A DNA stretch of 64,000 nucleotides, from assembly GCA_000004985.1 (NCBI GenBank), contig GG738869.1; one strand, written 5' to 3'. A model generated the notes under the pieces. That model saw only the letters and a program-made list of their open reading frames with translations, was not told the DNA's origin and did no database searches. A program made the translations under genes and the position numbers. Below are positions 32,933 through 43,294 of the stretch, one piece after another. The first letter of the stretch is position 1, and each line of letters starts with the position of its first letter. This DNA is from Naegleria gruberi. Its lineage: Eukaryota.

Positions 32933-34183
32933 TTATTCCTTATAATTTATAACAGATTCAAGAGCTGGATTCAACTCGATGGCTTTCTTAAAATCGAGTT
33001 GTGCCTTCTCTGTTTCCTGCATGTTTTGATAGACATTACCTCTCAAATGATAGGCACTTGCATGGAGAGGAAGAAGCATTTCCATATGAGGACCAAGTGT
33101 TGGTACAATTTCAATAACTCGAGTGAAATCATCGAGTGCCTTACTATAGTCCTTTGTGAGCGTGAATGCAATTCCTCTATTAAAGTAACCACCTGGGAAA
33201 TTTGGATTCAATTCTATTGCTCTTGTCAAATCAACTATTGCCAAATCATAGTTACTAATCTTACAATAGGCATTTCCTCTATGCATCCAACTCATTGAAA
33301 AATCAGATTTGAGTTCAATAGACTTGGTAAAATCATCAATTGCCTTATCAATTGATTGATATCCAAAATGCAAGTTTCCTCTATTGTAATAACAGTCGAA
33401 TGATGGCTCCAATTCAATACACTTGGTATAGTCGCTCATGGCATTCTCATACTCACCAATGGCACAGTACGAATTTCCTCTATTATAATAAAAATCTGAA
33501 AAATTTGGATCCAAATCAATTGCCTTTGAGAAATCCTTGATTGCCAACTCTTCTTCTTCCATTCTAGTATATAAAAGTCCTCTATTATTGTATGCTGCAT
33601 GGAATGATGGATCCAGCTCAATAGCTCTGGAAAAATCATCCATTGCCTTTGAATTATCAGACATCTCCGAATAGGTAACACCTCTATTGTAATGAAGTTT
33701 ACTCAATACATTAGGTGCAGAAAGGAGTGAAATTGCCTTTGTAAAATCCTCAATAGCAAGATCACCCTGTCTGGTAATTTGATAAATTAATCCTCTCTGT
33801 GAATAGGCATCTCCAAGATTTGGTTCATTCTCAATGACCCTATTGAAATCATCCATTGCCTTTGAATAATCCTTGAAATAATTCATGAAAATCAATCCTC
33901 TCTGAAAGTACAATTCATTCTGAGGTGTTGGATTTTCTCTAATTAATTGATTCAACTCGGCAAACTTTTCCTCACTCTTATCCACTTGAATAATGAGTGG
34001 TGTTTCATCTTGTTGATTTTGTTTAATTTGATGATGAAAATTATGAACAATATTTATCTTTCCGAGTGTTGTTACTAATGATGATATTCCAACCCTCTTG
34101 AAAGAGGACAATTTTCTGGTATCTCCACCAACACTATTTACTATAAACTTTAAGCTAGGATTTGATAGTATTCTTCTAAACAT
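32933..34183 (-). CDS. tetratricopeptide (TPR) repeat protein
   Basis: About 10 TPR units follow the W-LG-Y / A-F-A-P pattern (AYNNRGLLY, YYNRGNSYCAIGEYENA, YFNRGIAFT...). Confidence 0.7.
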   Translation of the reverse strand: MFRRILSNPSLKFIVNSVGGDTRKLSSFKRVGISSLVTTLGKINIVHNFHHQIKQNQQDETPLIIQVDKSEEKFAELNQLIRENPTPQNELYFQRGLIFMNYFKDYSKAMDDFNRVIENEPNLGDAYSQRGLIYQITRQGDLAIEDFTKAISLLSAPNVLSKLHYNRGVTYSEMSDNSKAMDDFSRAIELDPSFHAAYNNRGLLYTRMEEEELAIKDFSKAIDLDPNFSDFYYNRGNSYCAIGEYENAMSDYTKCIELEPSFDCYYNRGNLHFGYQSIDKAIDDFTKSIELKSDFSMSWMHRGNAYCKISNYDLAIVDLTRAIELNPNFPGGYFNRGIAFTLTKDYSKALDDFTRVIEIVPTLGPHMEMLLPLHASAYHLRGNVYQNMQETEKAQLDFKKAIELNPALESVINYKE

Positions 34184-34578
34184 TTTTTTGAATTGTTTAA
34201 TTGTTTAACTCCGATATTTGCTTTAATTTTCTAATCAATTATGTTATTGAGGAAGTGGTTTAACTTGGGGTTAATCATTACATGATTCCTTATTAATTAC
34301 AATCAGAGGATTCTAAATGAAAATAATCATCATCTTCTATTAATGGCTTGTCAGAGAGAAATCCAAAGCTCTTTTTATGTTCTTCTTCTCTAATGGGCAT
34401 GATGTTTGATAGCAAGAACACAATCATCTTTTGGTTCTTCGCTCCACCATAAACCTTTTCTGTGTTTTCAAAGCACTGAATGACTCAAGTCATCATACGA
34501 TCTTAGCTTGATAATTTAAATACCTGTGTGATGATGTGTTGTTGATCACTTAATCAATTTTTAATATTAGAAAAAAAA

Positions 34579-35151
34579 ATGTTCATCAACAAACGAGTTT
34601 TTATTGCCCTGATGGTGGCTTTCGTATTGGCTTTGAGTTTTGCTTGGGCTAAACCAGAAGATCAGATGGAAGGAGTAACAGAATTGACCGATGCTACCTT
34701 TGAAAGCTTTATCAAATCGAACAAATATGTTGTTGTAGAATTTTATGCTCCGGTAGGTGTTGTTTAATGTACTTTTTGATTTTAAATGTCGATCGTGATG
34801 ATTATAATGATGATTAATGATATGGTGATGATGAATATTCCATATGATAATAATATTATTGATTGGATAATTGTGTTGGAATTATAGTGGTGTGGACATT
34901 GTCAACAATTTGCTAAAAGTTTAGGAAGACTTGGAAAGTTAATTTCTGGATCAAAGAGAGTTGATATTAAGATTGCTAAAGTGGATGGTGACAAGTATGA
35001 ATCATTGGCTAACAAGGTCAACTTGGAAGGTTTCCCAACTCTTTATTTATTTAAGGATGGAAATGTTAAGAAACCAATCACACACGAAGGTTCAATGACA
35101 ACAAAGGGTGTCCTCGATTTTGTCTATGAAAATACCAAGAAAAAGAACTAA
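34579..35151 (+). CDS. secreted thioredoxin-fold protein (WCGHC active site), 2 exons
   Basis: Exon 1 is 34579..34752 (signal peptide MFINKRVFIALMVAFVLALSFA, ...FYAP). Intron gtaggt...attatag. Exon 2 is 34888..35151 (WCGHCQQFAKS...). Confidence 0.7.
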
Positions 35152-35335
35152 ATTATTTATTAAAACATTGTAAATTATTATTTATTTAATTGGATGAAAT
35201 CAAATTTATTTAATTACTATAGTATAAGAATCGAATAAATTCAAAGCTTGAACTACATTCTGATTTGGTGAAATACTCTTTTTTAGAAATCAACAAAATA
35301 TTATAAATTAAATATTAAAGTTTTTAAGAAGAAAA

Positions 35336-36562
35336 ATGCAACATTTACAGTTCGTTCCTTCTCCTGAGGAGATTGGCTTTATCAAATCCATTCCTTCGAT
35401 AACATTTTGCAAAATGCACGGATTGGGAAATGATTATATTTACATTAATTGTTGTAATTTATTACATTCATCAGAAGCTAATGATTTCCGAATCTATCTA
35501 AATCATCAACATAATCTAATTGAATATTGTATTCAAAAGTTGTGTCATCGAACATTTGGTATTGGAGCTGATGGTGTAATTTTCATCACGAATCCAACAC
35601 CAGAATTATTGGAGAATGAAACAAATCATCATCAAATAATTCATTGTCAAATGGAAATGTACAATTCCGATGGATCGAGTGGAGAAATGTGTGGAAATGG
35701 ATTGAGATGTGTTGCTCAGTTTGCCTGTGATCGTTTGGTGGAGAGTGGTAAAATTAAAAAACAAACACTTGAGGGAGGACAACTTGGATATAGAATCAAT
35801 GTACAAAGTAATAGAGGAAAGAGATTGTATCAATGTATTTGTTATGAGGATAGGTCTACATTTTCCAAATCTTCACCTCTGATGGTTGAGATTGAGATGG
35901 GAAATTTACAAACAAAAAGTGTTAATTTCTCATTTGAAAATAATTCAAATTCTATTGAATATGTGGAACAGGAGGAGAATTCAATTAGGAAAATCATTTT
36001 CAAACAATATTTGGATTGTGAAATTCCTCTGTATTGTCTTTTGGTACCTAATCCACATGCCATTTGTTGGGTTAATGAAATTTCTTCACAGAATGAGATT
36101 GATAACACAATGAAAGCAGTCGATTCATTCCCACTTCATACAATTGGTCCAATCATTGAAAATTTGAAACAATTATTTCCAAATAGGACCAATGTAGAAT
36201 TCATTGAAACCATTTCAGCTCAGCATATTGAAACAAATGATTCACCTCTCATCAAATCATTAAAATCCAATTGCATTCTCTCTGCCCGTCAACGTACTTG
36301 GGAGAGAGGTAGTGGAGAAACCAATGCATGTGGGACTGGAGCTTTTGCTGTATCTCAAGTTCTCTACTTGAGAAATGCCATCACCAATTCAATTGGCAAT
36401 ATTCCAAATACTGCCACAGTCAGAATATCCCTCAATGGAGGTGATTTATGGTTCAGATATCACAAATCAAATCCAACTTCACTCGATCATATTCAAGTCA
36501 ACATGATTGGTTCTGTCAATTATTCTCACACAGGCTCCTTCAAATTATCAGATTATCAATAA
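35336..36562 (+). CDS. dapF: diaminopimelate epimerase (DapF family) with eukaryote-style insertions
   Basis: The N-terminal motif is FCKMHGLGNDYIYI (consensus F.KMHG.GNDF). The first catalytic Cys is in SDGSSGEMCGNGLRC. The second active-site motif is ERGSGETNACGTGAFA. It is 408 aa against about 275 aa for bacterial DapF. A single ORF with aaaaATG. Confidence 0.7.
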   Translation: MQHLQFVPSPEEIGFIKSIPSITFCKMHGLGNDYIYINCCNLLHSSEANDFRIYLNHQHNLIEYCIQKLCHRTFGIGADGVIFITNPTPELLENETNHHQIIHCQMEMYNSDGSSGEMCGNGLRCVAQFACDRLVESGKIKKQTLEGGQLGYRINVQSNRGKRLYQCICYEDRSTFSKSSPLMVEIEMGNLQTKSVNFSFENNSNSIEYVEQEENSIRKIIFKQYLDCEIPLYCLLVPNPHAICWVNEISSQNEIDNTMKAVDSFPLHTIGPIIENLKQLFPNRTNVEFIETISAQHIETNDSPLIKSLKSNCILSARQRTWERGSGETNACGTGAFAVSQVLYLRNAITNSIGNIPNTATVRISLNGGDLWFRYHKSNPTSLDHIQVNMIGSVNYSHTGSFKLSDYQ

Positions 36563-36880
36563 TAAACAACCTTTAAGCTCCTTCCATACAATTCCAAAAA
36601 CACAAAAGAACATTAATGAAATAGCCTGAAACTTTCCATGTTTAATATTTTTCATTTATTTTCTCTTCAATCTTTTGCCAATTCTTTCGAAGTCTCGGAA
36701 AAAGGTGAAGCTTTAGAAAAAAATATCATCACCAAGTTTGCGGAAGCCTTTTTTCTCTCTTGTTGTGTTAGTACCACCTCTTCTCGACTCGTCGTGTTGC
36801 TATTTTTCTCTGATACGCTATAGAATCTTCTTCTTTGGACACCAATTTAAAAACAACTTGGAATATTTGGATAATAGGAA

Positions 36881-39340
36881 ATGAGCAAAAATTCCGAACA
36901 ACAACAACAGCAAGTGGATCCTCTTGCCGATCCTATTGTCGATACAATTACTAATGAACCTGCTACTGATGAAACTGGCTTTATTACTACACCATTTCTT
37001 GGTATGGAATTTCAAAGTATGCCTACTATGGGATCTTTGCAAGATAAGAGTAAGAAAGGAATCAACATTCATGTAGAAAGTGTTGAAGATGCCATTTCCG
37101 AAGTTAATGCATATGAATTGGACTTTTTAGTTATGGATATTTCTATTCATAAACAAACTCATCAACAACAAAAGAAGAATACGCCAAGTCAACCTACACT
37201 TTTGGATTTAAGACAAATTTGCCACAAGCACACAGTTTCTTCTAGACGTTATTTGTTTAGAACAACAGATTGGTCTCACTGTATGGTCGGAAAGGTAGAT
37301 GAATCTGCTTTCCAAGCTGCTTTTGGAATTTACAACAATAACAATAAGAAATTATTATCTTGTGAAAAGCCATACGAAGTTCCTGCAATTGATGAATATC
37401 TTTGCGGACAGCCATCCCCTGTTAAAAAGACAAAACAGAATAATACTCATGCCATTCCATCAACTGCTGGTACTCTTTCACAAGTTCATTTACAAGCTCA
37501 AGCTGCCAAGTTAATCATTCAACAAGAAATTCAATGGGCTTCTCACTTGTGTATTCCTGCTGTTCTTTTCCCAGAACCTCAAGGAAGAGAAATGACCATT
37601 GCTCTTGCTCAATTCATTAACAAGATTCTTCCAAGTATGGGAAGTACTGCTATTTGGGTTCGTTTCAGTGCTCAAAATTATCATTTGTGGAATTTGATGA
37701 GAACCATGTGCCAAAGCCATAGCTTACTTGTTCCAGTTTTGGATGTGAAAAATAGAGATATTGAAGAATTGGCTCAATCATGTAAGCCAACCCAAGTAGA
37801 AGGTGACAAGAAGAAGAAAAAGACAGCAAATACACCTGAAACTGCCCAACATTATCCACATGAAGCCTTTTGGAATCCTTTCGAAAAGCAAACATTCGGA
37901 TGCGAAAATCCACTTGTCACTGCCTTATCTGTATGGATTGCAGAAAATGTGAGAACAATAATTTTGAACTTGGACAATTTTGCTGCTCCACAAAACAATC
38001 AATCACACTTTTTGAATGAGGGATTGGAACAATTTATCAGAAAATCATTCAAATATGATATTCAATTTATTTTCAGTGCTGGAGCAGATGCCTCTCCAAA
38101 TATGAAGATTTACAAGAGATCAATCATGTCATTATTTGAAAATTGCCCAATCTTGTCTAAGGTTGAAGCATTCAGCAAGTCTTTCCGTGACTTTTTACAA
38201 AGACCATTACAACCACTCATTGATAACTTGGAAAGTCAAACTTATGAAGTTTTCGAACGTGATCCAATCAAATATCTTCTCTATGAACAAGCTGCTGAAA
38301 AGGCTCTTGTTGATTTGTATGAAGCTAAGAAGGCCAAACTTGCCAACGACCCAGAAGCCCTCAAGAATATGCGTGTCATTTCCATGGTTTTGGGTGCTGG
38401 TAGAGGTCCAATTGTTAAGGCAGTTTTAAGAGCTGCCAGAACAGTGAATGTTCCAGTGCTGGTTTATGCTGTAGAGAAGAATCCAAATGCTCTCAGTCAT
38501 TTACTCTACTATAGAAAGACTATTTGGAGTACATTTACTCATGTCAATGGTCGTGATAACTTGGATGTTCCAATAGTGGAAGTCATTCAAAAAGATATGC
38601 GTGTGTGGAATCCACCTGAAAAAGCAGATTTATTAGTTTCTGAATTGTTGGGATCTTTTGGTGATAATGAACTGAGTCCAGAATGTTTAGATGGTGCTCA
38701 ACGTCTCTTAAAGGACAATGGAGAAGGTATTTCAATTCCAGCCAAATACACCTCCTATGCAAGCCCATTGTGTAGTTATAAGGTCTGGACTGAGGTTAAG
38801 AACCTTTGTAAATCTACAACCTTTGAACATGCTGCTTTTGAAACTGGTTATGTATGTTTAGTCCATCGTGGTGTTCCACTAGATAAGCCACAAAGATGTT
38901 TCACTTTTGTCCACCCAAATCCTCAAGTCACAGAAGATCTTAAGGAAAAGGAAATACTTCGTGACCATGAAGATGATAGCTCGACTCTTCATGTTCCACT
39001 CATTAATAATGACAGATACGTCTCCCTTAAATTCAAATCACAACAAAATGCTGTTGTCCATGGTTTGATTGGTTACTTTGATTGCCAATTATATAAGGAT
39101 GTTTGGATGAGTATTCTGCCAGATACTTTCTCAACTGGTATGTTCAGTTGGTTCCCAATATTCTTCCCAATTGAAAACCCAGTTGCTGTCAAGAAGGGTG
39201 AAGAAATTGGTGTTCAAATCTGGAGAAATTGTGATATGGACATTGGCAGAAAAGTCTGGTATGAATGGTGTGTCACAACAAATGGCACATGTTCAAAGCT
39301 CCACAATAGTCAAGGCAAACACTATTACATTTCCCTCTAA
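36881..39340 (+). CDS. PRMT5: protein arginine N-methyltransferase 5 (PRMT5/Skb1/Hsl7)
   Basis: 819-aa single ORF. It has the PRMT5-specific SAM-binding motif VISMVLGAGRGPIV and the overall TIM-barrel, Rossmann and beta-barrel order typical of PRMT5. Confidence 0.85.
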   Translation: MSKNSEQQQQQVDPLADPIVDTITNEPATDETGFITTPFLGMEFQSMPTMGSLQDKSKKGINIHVESVEDAISEVNAYELDFLVMDISIHKQTHQQQKKNTPSQPTLLDLRQICHKHTVSSRRYLFRTTDWSHCMVGKVDESAFQAAFGIYNNNNKKLLSCEKPYEVPAIDEYLCGQPSPVKKTKQNNTHAIPSTAGTLSQVHLQAQAAKLIIQQEIQWASHLCIPAVLFPEPQGREMTIALAQFINKILPSMGSTAIWVRFSAQNYHLWNLMRTMCQSHSLLVPVLDVKNRDIEELAQSCKPTQVEGDKKKKKTANTPETAQHYPHEAFWNPFEKQTFGCENPLVTALSVWIAENVRTIILNLDNFAAPQNNQSHFLNEGLEQFIRKSFKYDIQFIFSAGADASPNMKIYKRSIMSLFENCPILSKVEAFSKSFRDFLQRPLQPLIDNLESQTYEVFERDPIKYLLYEQAAEKALVDLYEAKKAKLANDPEALKNMRVISMVLGAGRGPIVKAVLRAARTVNVPVLVYAVEKNPNALSHLLYYRKTIWSTFTHVNGRDNLDVPIVEVIQKDMRVWNPPEKADLLVSELLGSFGDNELSPECLDGAQRLLKDNGEGISIPAKYTSYASPLCSYKVWTEVKNLCKSTTFEHAAFETGYVCLVHRGVPLDKPQRCFTFVHPNPQVTEDLKEKEILRDHEDDSSTLHVPLINNDRYVSLKFKSQQNAVVHGLIGYFDCQLYKDVWMSILPDTFSTGMFSWFPIFFPIENPVAVKKGEEIGVQIWRNCDMDIGRKVWYEWCVTTNGTCSKLHNSQGKHYYISL

Positions 39341-39631
39341 ATTATTAACTTCCTTCCCTCCTAAACAATCACACACTCCCCAAATTTTTCTTTCCCTTTT
39401 CTTCTCATTTCAATAAATCTAAAGAGTTTCATTTAATGTTTTCATTTTGATTAAGGATTCTTGAAAAGATAACACGAACTCAATTAAGCATTTTACCAAT
39501 TAAATTGAATCAGTTTAAAATCATATCTCTTGAATTTCTTCAAGCCAACACTTGATTCCGCCAACAACATCAAGTAAAACATTAAAAAAAATAATTTCAA
39601 AAATAAATTTTTAAAAAAAATACAACAAAAA

Positions 39632-40318
39632 ATGAGCGCTGTTGTCGAATATCTTAAAGCCCCAGTGCACGACCTCTTTGCCTGGGCTCGTATTAGTTCT
39701 ATGTGGCCTGTTACTTTTGGTTTGGCTTGTTGTGCTGTTGAAATGATGCACGTCGCCGCTGCTAGATATGACTTGGAACGTTACGGTATCTTCTTTAGAC
39801 CAACACCTCGTCAATCCGATGCCATGATTATTGCTGGTACCTTGACAAACAAAATGGCTCCTGCTCTTCGTAAAGTTTGGGATCAAATGGCTGAACCACG
39901 TTACTCTGTTTCTATGGGTTCTTGTGCCAATGGTGGTGGTTATTATCACTTTTCTTATCACGTTGTTAGAGGTGCCGATCAAATTATACCTGTGGACGTT
40001 TACGTTCCTGGATGGTAAGTAGTTTTTGTTGTTGTTATTAACTTGTTTTCACAGCCCTCCAACCGCTGTATGTATTATTGTTTTATTATTAGCAAAATAT
40101 TAATATTGTTTTTTGGATAATTTGGATATGTTAAATATAATGGAAATATATAGGAAGCTTTATTATATGGTGTTTATATGCTTCAAAAGAAGATTAAGAG
40201 AAATCCATACAGAAAGGAAATTATGGAACAAGATTTTAACCAACCTGGTAAATTATATAGAGCTGAAAAGGAATTGAGCGTTTCTGATAATTTGAAACTT
40301 TTGAAACAACAAGAATAA
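39632..40318 (+). CDS. NDUFS7: NADH:ubiquinone oxidoreductase 20-kDa subunit (NDUFS7/PSST/NuoB), 3 exons including a 13-nt micro-exon
   Basis: Exon 1 is 39632..40014 ([37 protein letters not shown]). Intron gtaagt..acag. Exon 2 is 40055..40067 (ccctccaaccgct, giving C-PPTA). Intron gtatgt..tatag. Exon 3 is 40154..40318 (EALLYG...QKKIKR). Splicing restores the invariant GCPP motif. Confidence 0.8.
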
Positions 40319-40411
40319 TTTATATATAAATAGTAACGAAGCGAATGAAAAAACCTCAGTGAGTTTCGACAATAAAGAAAGGGTCACTGTTTAATCATTT
40401 TCTTTAGTATT

Positions 40412-41452
40412 TTACAAAATGTTAGCTCTGTGTAAATTACACAACAATTGATTATAGTTGAAAAGAGGTCCATATTGCATATCATGCCAATAATTGACTG
40501 CAACCACAACACCTTCCTCATTGTGGTCCTGAGCCACTTGATGAAGCCATAAAGATGGAAGATATAAAGCATCTCCAGGTCCAATCTCCACTTTGAATGG
40601 AGTGGCATGCTTATATCTTGGGTAAACTTGAATGATTTCCTCTCTAGTTTGTTTATCTGGATCAACATCAATCCAAGGGACTTGCGTATCTTCATCTACA
40701 ATCTTCCATTCATTATCTTCAAAATGATAGTGAGCTTCATTATAATTCTTATAAGGCACATTTACAACATCTGTTGGAGGATAAAGTGTAAAGATTTTCT
40801 TTCCAGCCAATACACAATAAATATTCTCATATGGATCCTTATGTAAACTAGAAGTAGATTGACCATCTCCAATCCACAAATTAACAGCATCTGGTAAATT
40901 ATTAAAAGCTCTCACAGCAAATCCCAATTGTTCTGGAACATCTTGCATGAGTTCTTGAAATTCCTTTGTTAAACTTGAATTTTGATGTTGAGCATAGAAG
41001 ATAGTATTCCATGAATTCATTCCATTAAATTCCTCTTCCTCCTTATCTGGTAAATTATTAAATCTCCTCTTATTAGTCATAAATTGCATAAATTGATTAA
41101 ATTTCATTTTCACTTCCATAGGTTTAATAAATTTTCCTTCATGCACAGCATCAGCCTTTCCATTTGGTGTACAAGCCACAGAAATTTCCTTATCGGAAAG
41201 AACTTGTTTCAAATATTCAACATTCCACTTTTCAGAGGCTGGCCATCCTTCCAAAGCATTCCTAAATATCACTGGTTTATTAGCACTAATATAATGATGA
41301 ACAAAATTTAAAACATCATCCTCATCTTCATAAACTGGAAATCCGTAAAGTTCATCAACTTGTCCTTCCTCTCCGTAGGTTTCCTTGGTTTGTTCCGAGA
41401 GGAGGTCTAATTGTTCGTGGAGCAGGGTTTTCAGTGTGTCGTTTGCGCTCAT
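40412..41452 (-). CDS. JmjC-domain (cupin) 2OG/Fe(II) oxygenase, JMJD7-like
   Basis: 346 aa with aaaaaaaaaATG. The iron-binding motif is SSLHKDPYENIYCVLAGKKIFTLYPP (HxD) followed by ...LWLHQV. Confidence 0.6.
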   Translation of the reverse strand: MSANDTLKTLLHEQLDLLSEQTKETYGEEGQVDELYGFPVYEDEDDVLNFVHHYISANKPVIFRNALEGWPASEKWNVEYLKQVLSDKEISVACTPNGKADAVHEGKFIKPMEVKMKFNQFMQFMTNKRRFNNLPDKEEEEFNGMNSWNTIFYAQHQNSSLTKEFQELMQDVPEQLGFAVRAFNNLPDAVNLWIGDGQSTSSLHKDPYENIYCVLAGKKIFTLYPPTDVVNVPYKNYNEAHYHFEDNEWKIVDEDTQVPWIDVDPDKQTREEIIQVYPRYKHATPFKVEIGPGDALYLPSLWLHQVAQDHNEEGVVVAVNYWHDMQYGPLFNYNQLLCNLHRANIL

Positions 41453-41630
41453 TTTTTTTTAATTTGTTTTTTAATTTTTTATCTAAATATGGAAGATTTA
41501 AAAATTGCTTTATTTGGATGGTTGAGTGAAAAATGTTAAAGAATTCATAGAATTTTTGAGAATATTTTAAAGAAATAGTTGCAAAAATTCATCTTCTTTA
41601 TTGAAAATTTTAAAATATTTGTAATTTTAA

Positions 41631-43181
41631 TTAAATGAAAGGAAGATCACTTGTTGGAGATTGAGGAGAATTTGGAGAAGTAGTGTTCATATTCAAAGCA
41701 AGTGTTGATTTGAATTGAAAATGAGTTAGAGAAAGAATATCCGATATTTCCTTTTCGAGATTATCCAAAATTTTTGAATGGAGAATGTCCACAGTTTCGT
41801 ATGAGCCTTGTCTATTGTTATAGAGATCGATTTGGTGGATAATCCATTCCATACTACCAAGATAAACAGATTCTGATTGAATGGAATCATGAATTTCAAA
41901 AATGATTTCGTATTTGATTCGTTCTAGATGGGAAAGTTTCTTTTCAAGTTCATTCGAAACTTGCTGAATATAAATGTCTGCTCCTTTAGCCAAAGACTTT
42001 TCCGCTACAAACTCCTTTGTAATTTCATATAATTTGAGCTGACAATCTATTGAATCTTTACAAAATTCTTTAAAATATTGAATTCTTTCCAAAATTGAAA
42101 ATGGAATTCCAACCTTTGCCTTTTTACAAAATGTTTTAAATTCATCTCGCATTCCAATATCAGCCATCGTATCCTTCAATATATTAGTACTCTCAATCCT
42201 AACTTTCTTCTCATTTCGTATCAACTTTCGTCCCAACATTAAATAAACTAATATTCCAACAGGAATAACAATCACACAAGCCAGACACGACAAGACCAAC
42301 ACTGAAATTCCACTCGCTATGGTAAACTCATCAATTCTATTGCACAACAAGTAAATATCCTCCAATATCTCAAAAAACTTTGTTTCGAATAGTTCCATTT
42401 CATATTTAAATGTTCCATTATAATATTTGACATTGTAAACATTAAATTGTTGATAAAATTCATCCAATTTCGTATAATTTGAAGTATAATTACTCAGCTT
42501 ACAAAACAACCCAATCATTTCTGTCCAATTCTGATAAAGTGGCAGAAACACTTCCTCACCATTCGAATTTCCCATAAACGAATGTTCATAACTGTCAGGT
42601 ATTAAGGAAATCATTTTAAAAACCGATTGATTATAATCAAGCAGTGTATAATTAAGCATATCACAAAAATCTGAATAATTAATCGTTTCCAAACTATTAT
42701 TAAGAGCACTCAATTCTAACATGTCTCGTAAATAGACGAAAGAAGATTTAACTGAATATCGACTAATGAGTAGTTCCTTAATGGGAACAAATTCGGCTAT
42801 TCGTGATGGGACAATGATGGCGAGGGCAATGATGAGTAGAAACAAAATATTGATGAACATGGCCATGGTGGCAAGTAATGGAATTAATCCGAAACGTTTC
42901 GAACAACAATTGATTTGTTTTTTTGATAGTGAACGAGCCAAATCATCAACATGATTGGTTTCGTCCCGAATTTCCTCTATACCTGCTGGTAATTGATCTT
43001 CTATCCTTTCATCCTCAAATAGTATCCTCGGTTGACTTTCGAATACATTTTCATTCTCCACAAAAACACTTCCTTCATCATTTTCATAATTATTTGGTGA
43101 TTGAATTGAAGAATAACTTATTGCCCTCTTCAATTCAAAAGTAGACGGCTTGCTATATGATGGTGGATCATTTAAAAGCAT
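41631..43181 (-). CDS. receptor-like RGS protein, type B (paralog of 23999..25714)
   Basis: The ORF extends to 43301 via non-ATG codons. The first ATG with aaaaATG context is 43181 (MLLNDPPSYSK...). The RGS core is MADIGMRDEFKTFCKKAKVGIPFSILERIQYFKEF...ILDNLEKEI. It has two TM helices. Confidence 0.65.
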   Translation of the reverse strand: MLLNDPPSYSKPSTFELKRAISYSSIQSPNNYENDEGSVFVENENVFESQPRILFEDERIEDQLPAGIEEIRDETNHVDDLARSLSKKQINCCSKRFGLIPLLATMAMFINILFLLIIALAIIVPSRIAEFVPIKELLISRYSVKSSFVYLRDMLELSALNNSLETINYSDFCDMLNYTLLDYNQSVFKMISLIPDSYEHSFMGNSNGEEVFLPLYQNWTEMIGLFCKLSNYTSNYTKLDEFYQQFNVYNVKYYNGTFKYEMELFETKFFEILEDIYLLCNRIDEFTIASGISVLVLSCLACVIVIPVGILVYLMLGRKLIRNEKKVRIESTNILKDTMADIGMRDEFKTFCKKAKVGIPFSILERIQYFKEFCKDSIDCQLKLYEITKEFVAEKSLAKGADIYIQQVSNELEKKLSHLERIKYEIIFEIHDSIQSESVYLGSMEWIIHQIDLYNNRQGSYETVDILHSKILDNLEKEISDILSLTHFQFKSTLALNMNTTSPNSPQSPTSDLPFI

Positions 43182-43294
43182 TTTTATGATTCGTAAATAA
43201 GTTATTCGAAAGGAAAGAAGTAGAAATAGAGATAAAAACAACATAAAAAAAAGGCATTTCAGAGTACTTACGAGTAGTAACTTGAAACAAGAAA
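43182..43294. promoter_or_regulatory. short divergent intergenic region shared by RGS genes B2 and A2
   Basis: About 113 bp lie between divergent ATGs. It contains AAGTAGAAATAGAGATAAAAA, similar to a word in the 23648..23998 spacer. Confidence 0.35.

Noticed and set aside
36818-37072. Minus-strand ORF overlapping the PRMT5 start region
   Set aside because: It is a shadow ORF. The PRMT5 frame is unambiguous.
39611-39982. Minus-strand 123-aa ORF overlapping NDUFS7
   Set aside because: It is antisense to the highly conserved NuoB/PSST coding frame.
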